Positions 6,868 through 14,576 of a stretch of DNA of 28,767 nucleotides are shown one piece after another (within the stretch, counting starts at the first letter, position 1; each line of letters begins with the position of its first letter). Under the pieces are notes generated by a model, which was not told where the DNA came from, did no database searches, and saw only the letters and a program-made list of their open reading frames with translations. Made by a program: the position numbers and the translations under genes. The stretch comes from Candidatus Latescibacteria bacterium 4484_7 (GTDB taxonomy: Bacteria > Krumholzibacteriota > Krumholzibacteriia > Krumholzibacteriales > Krumholzibacteriaceae), in NCBI GenBank assembly GCA_002085285.1, contig NATK01000002.1, forward strand, positions 1 to 28,767, written 5' to 3'.

Positions 6868-8427
6868 CTATACCAATGTGTATTTGAACTCGTCCGCGTC
6901 GATTCCGTATTTTTTCATCTTGTACCTCAAAGCACCTCGGCCGAGCCTCAGGAGCCTCGCCGCTTCTGTTACCCGCCCCCCGCTCTTTTCGAGGGCCGCT
7001 ATGATGAGTCCCTTTTCCACCTCGTCTATTGCGATCCCTTCGGGGGGGAAATCGATTCGCACCGTCCCTGCTTCTTTTTCGATGTCGAGAGACGATGTGC
7101 CGACCGAAGTGCCGTTCGGAGTGGTGCCCGAAGTGCCGTTCGGAGTGCCGTCCGGAGCGCCGTTCGGAGTGGTGCCCGAAGCGCCGACGGTTGATTCTAT
7201 AGGCAGGTCTTCGGGCTTTATCTTACCCGACCTGTTCAGAAGCACCGCCCTTTCGATGACGTTTATGAGCTCGCGGATATTCCCCGGCCAATGGTATTCC
7301 TGCAATGCATCGAGTGCTTCTTCCGAGATGGTCACACCTCCCTTGTTCAATCTCGCTGCAAAGCGGCTTACGTATTCGATGGCGATGGGGCGAATGTCTT
7401 CTTTCCTCTCTCTAAGCGGTGGCAGGTTGATCTCGACCACATTGAGTCTGTAGTATAGATCCTCCCTGAAACGGCCCTGGGCCACCTCTTCTTTCAGGTT
7501 TCGGTTTGTCGCCGAGATGATTCTCACGTCCACAGGGAGGAATTCGACACCGCTCACGCGTCTTATGGTCCTCGTATCGAGGAACTTGAGGAGCTTCGCC
7601 TGGAGGGCATAATCTATCTCGGCGATCTCGTCGAGAAATATAGTGCCTCCGTCTGCGACTTCAAAGAGGCCTGCCTTCTCTTCACGAGCATCGGTGAATG
7701 CACCTTTTTCGTGTCCGAAGAACTCGCTCTCCAGGAGATTGCGTGGTATCGCTGCACAGTTGACCTCTACGAAGGGACCGCTGCGACGCGGACTTGCCTC
7801 GTGTATCGCCTTTGCGAGGGAGCCCTTGCCCGTTCCGCATTCACCCGTTATTATGACAGACGTGCATTCACTTTCAGCGACCTTTAGCGCGAGTTCCTTG
7901 ACCTCCATGATCTTCGGGCTTTCGCCGATTATCTGATCGAAGCCTTCGTCAATCTCCTTATTGGGATTGAGGCTCTGTTTCAGCCGCCTCTTTCCGAGCC
8001 CGGTTGCGATGCGGGACAGCATCTCTTCGAGGTCCTTGTATGAGTAAGGTTTGAAAAGAATATGCCTTGCACCGAGCTCTATGCCCAGTTTGTCACCGCC
8101 GTGAAATTCTCCGGGGATGATAAGGATGAGCTGAACCTTCTTGTTCTTCCTGAGGTACATGGACAGGGTGTCTTTTTCTTTTTGAAAGGCCTCCTCGGTT
8201 TCCGGCACGGAATAGATCAGAAGATGCTTGTTCCCGTTCTTATCACCTGCTGCGGCCTTTTTCCCACTGCGAGCGCTGACAGGGTTGGCATTCCGCCGCG
8301 CTGCCCGTATCAACTCACCGGCATCCGCGTAGGAATCCACACTCCATCCGTGTTCGCCGAAGAACAGCTCGAGCGAGCTGCGCTCATCGTCGTCTGCGGC
8401 TACTATATTCAGTCCGAGGGATATCAT
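6868..8427 (-). CDS. Sigma54-dependent enhancer-binding protein (NtrC family) with degenerate receiver domain
   Basis: Walker A GECGTGK, NCAAIP, GAFTDA, IFLDEI, RFREDLYYRLNV, WPGNIREL and a C-terminal Fis-type HTH. The ORF is open from TTG 8448; ATG 8427 is preferred as start. Confidence 0.9.
   Translation of the reverse strand: MISLGLNIVAADDDERSSLELFFGEHGWSVDSYADAGELIRAARRNANPVSARSGKKAAAGDKNGNKHLLIYSVPETEEAFQKEKDTLSMYLRKNKKVQLILIIPGEFHGGDKLGIELGARHILFKPYSYKDLEEMLSRIATGLGKRRLKQSLNPNKEIDEGFDQIIGESPKIMEVKELALKVAESECTSVIITGECGTGKGSLAKAIHEASPRRSGPFVEVNCAAIPRNLLESEFFGHEKGAFTDAREEKAGLFEVADGGTIFLDEIAEIDYALQAKLLKFLDTRTIRRVSGVEFLPVDVRIISATNRNLKEEVAQGRFREDLYYRLNVVEINLPPLRERKEDIRPIAIEYVSRFAARLNKGGVTISEEALDALQEYHWPGNIRELINVIERAVLLNRSGKIKPEDLPIESTVGASGTTPNGAPDGTPNGTSGTTPNGTSVGTSSLDIEKEAGTVRIDFPPEGIAIDEVEKGLIIAALEKSGGRVTEAARLLRLGRGALRYKMKKYGIDADEFKYTLV
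7097..7190. repeat. 12-bp imperfect tandem repeat (about 7.8 units) inside the activator gene
   Basis: Units such as GTGCCGTTCGGA and GTGGTGCCCGAA. They encode GTTPNGAPDGTPNGTSGTTPNGTS between the AAA+ domain and the HTH. Confidence 0.9.
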
Positions 8428-8443
8428 ACCGTGTGTAACTTTG

Positions 8444-8459
8444 TGCAAGATATGTGCCT
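8444..8459 (-). promoter_or_regulatory. Putative sigma54 -24/-12 promoter
   Basis: The minus strand reads AGGCAC-ATATC-TTGCA, with exact GG-N10-GC spacing, just upstream of the activator gene. Confidence 0.45.
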
Positions 8460-8528
8460 TGATGATCCCTGAAAAGATGAAACATTTTTTGCTGCTTCGT
8501 CTGGCAAGTAAGTTGTGCTTGTTCGTAA

Positions 8529-8660
8529 AGGGCGGTCATAGGGCTTGTAATCGGTTATGTCAACGAAAGATACGATTCGCTCTGGCCGTGGCGGATAATC
8601 CGTTTTACCAACAGCGTTTCATCGCTCATAGCGCTCACGCTATATTTTAGGTTGCACTGA
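8529..8660 (+). pseudogene. Possible 3' relic of a CPBP/Abi (CAAX protease-like) membrane protein
   Basis: Reads RAVIGLVIGYVNERYDSLWPWRIIRFTNSVSSLIALTLYF, resembling the G..GY..ER..SLW.....H...N motif. The H and N positions are each one base change away. Confidence 0.3.
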
Positions 8661-8749
8661 ACGAATGGCTGGTTATAAGCTCATCGCTGAAATCGGTAAT
8701 CTCGATCTATTTACACCGTGCGGTTGGAGTGTATGAGACGGGTATATCA

Positions 8750-8911
8750 ATGAATAATCAAGTCAATGAATTTGCCCAATTATCCCCTGTCGTTCAGGCT
8801 TTTCTTGCAACAATCGTCACATGGCTTGTTACCGTTCTCGGAGCGGCGGTCGTCTTTTTCAGAAAAGAATTGAGCCGAAGGTTGCTCGATGCCTCCCGGC
8901 AATGCACATAA
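8750..8911 (+). pseudogene. 5' stub of a ZIP (GufA/ZupT-like) metal transporter
   Basis: SPVVQAFLATIVTWLVTVLGAAVVFFRKELSRRLLDA matches the start of GufA-type ZIP proteins, then loses similarity and stops. Confidence 0.65.
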
Positions 8912-8982
8912 ATGACTGGTGTTTCGATCATATGAATAAACGAGTGCTTCTGGTTTCCGAATCGGATTTGCTGGTATAACGA

Positions 8983-9705
8983 TTGAAACTCGAAGAAGTA
9001 AATAAACAAATCAAAGTATGCCGAAGGTGCAGACTCTTCGAGACGAGGGCAAATGCTCTGTGCGGTGAAGGGCCGCGCGATGCGAGGATCATGCTTGTTG
9101 CCCAGGCTCCGGGCGAGAATGAGGACAGAGAAGGCAGAATGTTCATCGGGCCGTCTGGAAAGGTGCTGGATGAGCTGTTGAGGATGGCCGGTGTCTGTAG
9201 AGATGAGATATACATAACGAATCTGATCAAGTGCATGCTGCCACGTTACAGAAAGCCGAAGCAGGATGAGATAGTTGCCTGCAGCAAGTACCTTGACGAG
9301 GAAATAGACGTTATAAATCCCTCTGTACTGGCTCCTCTCGGATATTATGCCTCGAGGTATATTTTTATGAAATATTCACTCGATTTCCCGGACCGCGAAG
9401 AGGTTTATACGATATATGGGAGATTATTTCTAACATCCAACGGTAAAGATGGCGGCGCAGCGAAGAAGATCTATCCTCTCAGGCATCCGGCGGCTCTTCT
9501 TTACAACGAGGGATTGAGTGAAGAAATGGAGCGCAACTATCATAAATTGGGGATCTTGCTCCACGATTGCGCATGGTTCAAGCGATGCCCGGAGAGAAGG
9601 AGATTGCAAGAGGTATCAATGGACAATGAATGGCTGGAACTGTATTGTAAAGGTGACTGGGAAAGTTGCCCATATTTTGCAGTGGAAGGAGGAAGGGAAA
9701 GATGA
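8983..9705 (+). CDS. Family-4-type uracil-DNA glycosylase with C-terminal Cys-rich extension
   Basis: CRRC, GEG..ARIMLVAQAPG..ED..G..FIGPSG, YITNLIKC, HPAALL. TTG start. Confidence 0.88.
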   Translation: MKLEEVNKQIKVCRRCRLFETRANALCGEGPRDARIMLVAQAPGENEDREGRMFIGPSGKVLDELLRMAGVCRDEIYITNLIKCMLPRYRKPKQDEIVACSKYLDEEIDVINPSVLAPLGYYASRYIFMKYSLDFPDREEVYTIYGRLFLTSNGKDGGAAKKIYPLRHPAALLYNEGLSEEMERNYHKLGILLHDCAWFKRCPERRRLQEVSMDNEWLELYCKGDWESCPYFAVEGGRER

Positions 9706-10655
9706 ATGTTTTCGGCCCGGTTCCTTCGAGGCGTTTGGGCAAGAGCCTCGGCATCAACAACATTCCCGCAAAGATATGCACCTACTCATGCGTTTACTGC
9801 CAGATCGGACGCTCTCTCAAGATGGTGGGGGAGAGGGAAGAGTATTATTCTCCGCAAATGCTTTTTGCAGAAATAAAAGACAAGGTCAAGAGGGCCCGCG
9901 AGCACAACGAGTCGATCGACTATCTCACCTTCGTGCCCGACGGTGAGCCGACACTGGACAAGAGTATTGGAGAGCTGATAGAGATGTTGAAGCCGCTCGA
10001 CATAAAGGTCGCCGTTATCACGAATGCCAGTCTTATCGATTTGCCCGATGTGAGGGACGATCTTTTCAAGGCGGATTGGGTATCGCTCAAGGTTGACACG
10101 GTGGATGAAGCGATATGGAGAAAGATTGATAGGCCTCACAGGAAGCTCCGACTCGATTCGATATTGAAGGGGATAAAGATATTTGCCGGTGAGTTCGAGG
10201 GGCACCTCGCAACGGAGACGATGCTCGTCAGGGACTTGAACGACCGGTTGGAAAATATTCGTGATGTGGCCGGCTTTATCAAGGAACTCAATGTTTCGAC
10301 CGCCTATATCGGTGTACCTACGAGGCCGCCGGCGGAGAAATGGGTATTGCCGCCTGAAGAATCCGCCTTGAACACGGCGTATCACATCTTCGTCGAGGAC
10401 CAGATATACGTCGAGTACCTCATAGGTTACGAGGGGAATCAATTTGCTTTTACCGGCGATGTGGAGGAGGACATATTGAGCACCACAGCCGTCCATCCAA
10501 TGAGGGAGGACGCTTTGAATGCCCTTTTGGAAAAGGCGGACAGCGATTTTTCGCTGGTTGAAAGGCTCGTAGCCGAAGGAAAGATTGTTGTTTCGGAATA
10601 CGGCGGAAACAGGTACTATCTTCGAAGGCTCACATTGAAAGATGCGGACCGTTAG
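9702..10655 (+). CDS. Radical SAM protein (COG0731-like Fe-S oxidoreductase)
   Basis: FGPVPSRRLGKSLG, CTYSCVYC and DGEPTL motifs. ATG 9702 overlaps the UDG stop (ATGA). Confidence 0.88.
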   Translation: MNVFGPVPSRRLGKSLGINNIPAKICTYSCVYCQIGRSLKMVGEREEYYSPQMLFAEIKDKVKRAREHNESIDYLTFVPDGEPTLDKSIGELIEMLKPLDIKVAVITNASLIDLPDVRDDLFKADWVSLKVDTVDEAIWRKIDRPHRKLRLDSILKGIKIFAGEFEGHLATETMLVRDLNDRLENIRDVAGFIKELNVSTAYIGVPTRPPAEKWVLPPEESALNTAYHIFVEDQIYVEYLIGYEGNQFAFTGDVEEDILSTTAVHPMREDALNALLEKADSDFSLVERLVAEGKIVVSEYGGNRYYLRRLTLKDADR

Positions 10656-10678
10656 AAAATGAATCGCCTGGAAGTGCA

Positions 10679-10738
10679 ATGGCAGGTAAGAAAAATATCG
10701 GGCTCTGGAGCGCTGTTTCGATAGGTGTGGTGTCATGA
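10679..10738 (+). pseudogene. 5' stub of an APC-family amino acid permease
   Basis: MAGKKNIGLWSAVSIGV matches the pre-TM1 signature of APC permeases. It breaks where GGMVGGGIF would be expected. Confidence 0.55.
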
Positions 10739-11355
10739 ACAGCGATTTGAAGGAGTGGTTTAACGGAAAGGGCGAAGAATTCCTGCGGGAAATAGGTGTA
10801 AAAGAGGGTGATGTCGTTCTCGATGTGGGATGTGGAGGCGGGAGCTATTCTATACCGGCTGCAAGGCTCGTAGGCAAATCGGGAGCAGTCTATGCGGTCG
10901 ATAAGAATAGAGAGGCTCTGGACACCTTGTCGAATAGAGCGAAGGCCGAGGGAATCGATAATATAATCTTGGTGAATATGCTTTTCCCAGACGAAGCTGC
11001 AGAGGATTTGAGAGAAGGGGTCGAAATCCACGCAGAATCGAGAGAAGGGGTCGAAATCCACGCAGAATCGATCGATGTCGCGCTCATTTACGACGTCCTG
11101 CACTATCTTGACAAGGAGGAGAGAGACGCATTGTACCGAAAGGTCTTCAAGTTGCTAAGGAAAAGTGGTATTCTATCCGTATATCCGAAGCATTCGAGGA
11201 TCGATTGGCCGCTCTGGCACCTCGCAGGCCTAGATCCAGAAGATATTGCAAAAGAGATAGAAAAGAATCATTTTTATTTAACACGCACCGTTAACAATGA
11301 TTTGATACACGATGAAAGTTGCAATAGAGGTACGGTCTTGATCTTCGGAAAATGA
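10735..11355 (+). CDS. Class I SAM-dependent methyltransferase
   Basis: VVLDVGCGGG motif I, VYAVD and SIDVALIYDVLH. Confidence 0.88.
   Translation: MNSDLKEWFNGKGEEFLREIGVKEGDVVLDVGCGGGSYSIPAARLVGKSGAVYAVDKNREALDTLSNRAKAEGIDNIILVNMLFPDEAAEDLREGVEIHAESREGVEIHAESIDVALIYDVLHYLDKEERDALYRKVFKLLRKSGILSVYPKHSRIDWPLWHLAGLDPEDIAKEIEKNHFYLTRTVNNDLIHDESCNRGTVLIFGK
11011..11070. repeat. Perfect 30-bp tandem duplication in the methyltransferase gene
   Basis: AGAGAAGGGGTCGAAATCCACGCAGAATCG occurs twice, in frame (REGVEIHAES x2). Confidence 0.95.
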
Positions 11356-11390
11356 TACGGTTGAACAGATGATGCTAAGGAGGAAAAGGT

Positions 11391-12566
11391 ATGGCAATAA
11401 GAGAAGTCAAAAAGGGAGTGCTATCCGTGGGGGCTATCGATTGGGACAGGCGCATCTTCGATGAACTCATTCCATTGCCCGAAGGGACGAGCTACAATGC
11501 CTATCTGGTGCAGGGAAGCGAGAAGGTCGCTCTTATCGATACCGTTGATCCTGCAAAGAGGGAGGATTTGATAGAAAATCTCGAGGAGTTGGGCGTCGAG
11601 AAGATCGATTACGTCATAGCGAACCATGCTGAACAGGATCACTCGGGGTTGATAAACAAGATCGTCGAGCTCTACCCCGGCGCAAAGGTAGTAACCAACG
11701 AAAAGGCGAAGGGTTTCTTGATGAGCCTGCTCCTTACGAGGGAGGAGGATTTCATCGTAGTCAAAGACGGGGACACGCTTTCGCTCGGCGACAAGACGCT
11801 CCGGTTCATCTTGACCCCGTGGGTCCATTGGCCCGAGACAATGGTCACATATCTCGCCGAGGACAGGGTGCTTTTCAGTTGTGACTTCTTCGGCTCGCAC
11901 CTTGCCACGTCCTCGCTCTTCGTTAATGGTGATTCGAGGGTCATCGATCTGGCAAAGAGATACTATGCAGAGATCATGATGCCATTCAGGGCCGCTATTC
12001 GCAAAAACATCGAAAAGGTTTCGAAGCTCGATATCGACATGATTGCACCGAGTCACGGGCCCATCTATGACGACCCGTCTCTCATAATCGATGCCTATAA
12101 GGAGTGGACGAGCGAAAAGGTCAAAAACGAGGTTGTTATTCCCTATGTCTCGATGCATGGGAGCACCGAACGGATGGTGAATTACTTCATCGATGCATTG
12201 ATGAAGCGGGGTATCGAGGTCAAGCCGTTCAATTTGCCCAGGACGGATATCGGGGAGCTCTCCATGGCGCTCGTGGACACGGCAACGATAATCATAGCTA
12301 CTCCAATGGTTCTCGCCGGTGCTCATCCGGCGGCCGTTTATGCTGCATTTCTCGCCAACGCCTTGAGACCCAAGGCGAGGTATGCTTCGATCATAGGCTC
12401 TTACGGTTGGGGCGGCAAGTTCATTGAACAGCTTACCGGTCTTCTCGGCAATTTGAGCGTCGAGCTCATAGAACCTGTCACGGTAAAGGGCTATCCCACC
12501 GAGAACGATTACAGAGCGCTCGATGCACTGGCCGATGAGATAGAGAGAAGGCACAAGAATCTATGA
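11391..12566 (+). CDS. fprA: Flavodiiron protein (A-type flavoprotein)
   Basis: GTSYNAYL, HAEQDH, HWPET, CDFFG and PSHG di-iron ligands, followed by a flavodoxin domain (SMHGST, GSYGWGG). Confidence 0.92.
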   Translation: MAIREVKKGVLSVGAIDWDRRIFDELIPLPEGTSYNAYLVQGSEKVALIDTVDPAKREDLIENLEELGVEKIDYVIANHAEQDHSGLINKIVELYPGAKVVTNEKAKGFLMSLLLTREEDFIVVKDGDTLSLGDKTLRFILTPWVHWPETMVTYLAEDRVLFSCDFFGSHLATSSLFVNGDSRVIDLAKRYYAEIMMPFRAAIRKNIEKVSKLDIDMIAPSHGPIYDDPSLIIDAYKEWTSEKVKNEVVIPYVSMHGSTERMVNYFIDALMKRGIEVKPFNLPRTDIGELSMALVDTATIIIATPMVLAGAHPAAVYAAFLANALRPKARYASIIGSYGWGGKFIEQLTGLLGNLSVELIEPVTVKGYPTENDYRALDALADEIERRHKNL

Positions 12567-12584
12567 TCGTAGGGGGGGTGTGAG

Positions 12585-13061
12585 TTGGCTGGGATCAAAA
12601 TTGGTGACAGGGCTGCCGGTTTCTGCCTGCCCGACGCCGAGAACACCGAGCATTGCCTGGGCGATTACAGGAACAAGTGGGTCGTTCTCTACTTCTATCC
12701 GAGAGACAATACGAGTGGGTGTACGCGCGAGGCAAGGGATTTTTCCGCACTCAAGCTGAGATTCAAGAGGGCGGGTGCCGGGATAATCGGTGTAAGCAAG
12801 GATTCGCCGAAGAGTCACGGCAGATTCATCGAAAGGCAAGGGCTTGGAATACTTCTGTTGAGCGACGAAGAGCACAAGGTGATAGAGCAGTACGGAGCAT
12901 GGGGAAAAAAGAAACTCTACGGAAAAGAGCACGAGGGCACGATTCGCTCGACGTTTCTCATCGATCCGAACGGACGGGTGAGGAAAATATGGAAAAAGGT
13001 CAAGGTTGCTGGTCATGCTGAAGAGGTGCTCGAAACGTTGAGGAGCGAGAAGAAGGCTTGA
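12585..13061 (+). CDS. bcp: BCP/PrxQ peroxiredoxin
   Basis: VVLYFYPRDNTSGCTREA and IRSTFLIDPNG motifs. Confidence 0.9.
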   Translation: MAGIKIGDRAAGFCLPDAENTEHCLGDYRNKWVVLYFYPRDNTSGCTREARDFSALKLRFKRAGAGIIGVSKDSPKSHGRFIERQGLGILLLSDEEHKVIEQYGAWGKKKLYGKEHEGTIRSTFLIDPNGRVRKIWKKVKVAGHAEEVLETLRSEKKA

Positions 13062-13094
13062 TTGGGTGTCAATGAAGCGAAGGGAGGTCGTGAT

Positions 13095-13316
13095 ATGAAC
13101 AGTATGAGCAGGGGTGGAATGGGCTCGGGAGGCAATTGCATCTGCCCGAGGTGCGGATATAAACAGCCGCATAGGCCGGGTGTTCCGTGCAGAGAGGAAA
13201 AATGCCCCAAGTGCGGAGCGAAGATGCTCAGGGAAGGCGGCTATCACCACAACCTCGTAGAGGAGAAAAAGAGAAAGAAAGCGGAAAAGGACAAGGAGAA
13301 GAAAAAGAACGAGTAA
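13095..13316 (+). CDS. Small Cys-rich (zinc-ribbon/ferredoxin-like) protein with basic tail
   Basis: GGAGG RBS. CICPRCG..PH..GVPC..EKCPKCG gives six Cys. Confidence 0.75.
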   Translation: MNSMSRGGMGSGGNCICPRCGYKQPHRPGVPCREEKCPKCGAKMLREGGYHHNLVEEKKRKKAEKDKEKKKNE

Positions 13317-13412
13317 AGACGGCATTTTTAGAATCATCAATATTTTGCTTGCTTTGGAGGATTGAGTGTGTTTTTTTGATTCCGAGTGTTTTTTTTGATT
13401 AGAGGAGCAGCA

Positions 13413-14447
13413 ATGAACCTTGTCGTAACGGGCGGATCCGGATTTCTCGGGCTTCATCTTTGCACTACGCTGGCTGATCGATTCGATAAGATCGTCATTA
13501 TAGATATTGCGCCGATCGATCCCGACGAGTACCCGAAGAACGTCGAATATCACAACGTAGATGTCAGGGACTACGAGGCGGTCGAGAAGACGATCGCCGA
13601 CGCCGACATGATCGTTCATGGAGCCGCTGCCCTGCCGCTCTGGAAGAAAGAAGATATCTACAGCACCAATATCGATGGAACGAGGAATGTCCTCGAGGCG
13701 GCATCGAAGCAGGGGATAAAGAGGATGGTCTATGTCTCCTCTACCGCCGTTTACGGGGTTCCTGAGAAGCATCCGATCTACGAGCACGATCCCCTCATAG
13801 GTGTCGGTCCTTACGGCGAGAGCAAGATCGCTGCGGAGAAACTCTGTTCTGAGTACAGAGAAAAGGGACTGTGTGTGCCGGTGGTAAGACCGAAGACCTT
13901 CATAGGCACATGCAGGCTTGGGGTCTTTCAGATTCTATACGATTGGGTGGAGAGCGGGAAAAAGATCCCCATCATAGGAAACGGCAGAAATCGTTATCAG
14001 CTCCTCGAGGTCGAGGATCTCGTAGAGGCGATCTATCTGCTTCTTACCCTACCGGAAGAAAAGGTGAACGATACATTCAACATCGGCGCCGAAAGGTTCG
14101 CTACGGTGAGGGAGGATGTTGGAGCCCTATGCGATTTCGCAGGAAACGGCGCAAGTGTCTTGGCAACGCCGTCATGGATCGTCAAGCCGTTCCTCGAGCT
14201 TTTCTGGGCGCTGCGCATTTCTCCATTGTATAAGTGGGTTTACGGAACGGCGGACAAGGACTCTTTCGTCTCGGTGAACAAGGCAAAGGACATATTGGGC
14301 TGGATGTCCAAGTACAGCAATGCCGAGGCGCTGATCAGGTCTTACGAATGGTATCTCGAGCATAAGGAAGAGATCCCCGAATCGGGGGTTACCCACCGGG
14401 TCGCCTGGAAACAGGGCGTTCTCAAATTTTTCAAAAAATTTTTATAA
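13413..14447 (+). CDS. NAD-dependent epimerase/dehydratase (extended SDR)
   Basis: TGGSGFLG, HGAA, SSTAVYG and YGESK motifs. GAGGAG RBS. Confidence 0.9.
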   Translation: MNLVVTGGSGFLGLHLCTTLADRFDKIVIIDIAPIDPDEYPKNVEYHNVDVRDYEAVEKTIADADMIVHGAAALPLWKKEDIYSTNIDGTRNVLEAASKQGIKRMVYVSSTAVYGVPEKHPIYEHDPLIGVGPYGESKIAAEKLCSEYREKGLCVPVVRPKTFIGTCRLGVFQILYDWVESGKKIPIIGNGRNRYQLLEVEDLVEAIYLLLTLPEEKVNDTFNIGAERFATVREDVGALCDFAGNGASVLATPSWIVKPFLELFWALRISPLYKWVYGTADKDSFVSVNKAKDILGWMSKYSNAEALIRSYEWYLEHKEEIPESGVTHRVAWKQGVLKFFKKFL

Positions 14448-14453
14448 AATAAT

Positions 14454-14481
14454 TTGCATTTGCGTCTATTTGATTTATGAT
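14454..14481 (+). promoter_or_regulatory. Putative sigma70-type promoter for the oxidoreductase gene
   Basis: TTGCAT-N16-TATGAT in the AT-rich gap after the epimerase. Confidence 0.35.
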
Positions 14482-14576
14482 ATGGATGATTCGCACCGTG
14501 TATTATTTGCCACGGTTTGGACCGCAGTGCTCAAACCGTGAAGGAAAGGTCTGATCATCTCGAAAGGGAGGGAAAG

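Noticed and set aside
1-6868. Integron integrase or transposase for the array
   Set aside because: No tyrosine recombinase or DDE-type ORF is present in the window on either strand.
13364-13400. Short imperfect direct repeat GAGTG-T-run-GATT
   Set aside because: Two low-complexity copies; most likely a local slippage duplication.
12561-13787. 408-aa minus-strand ORF, and similar long antisense ORFs (11421-12554, 9786-10736, 19901-20905)
   Set aside because: They are shadows of well-supported plus-strand genes in GC-rich DNA and carry no recognisable motifs.
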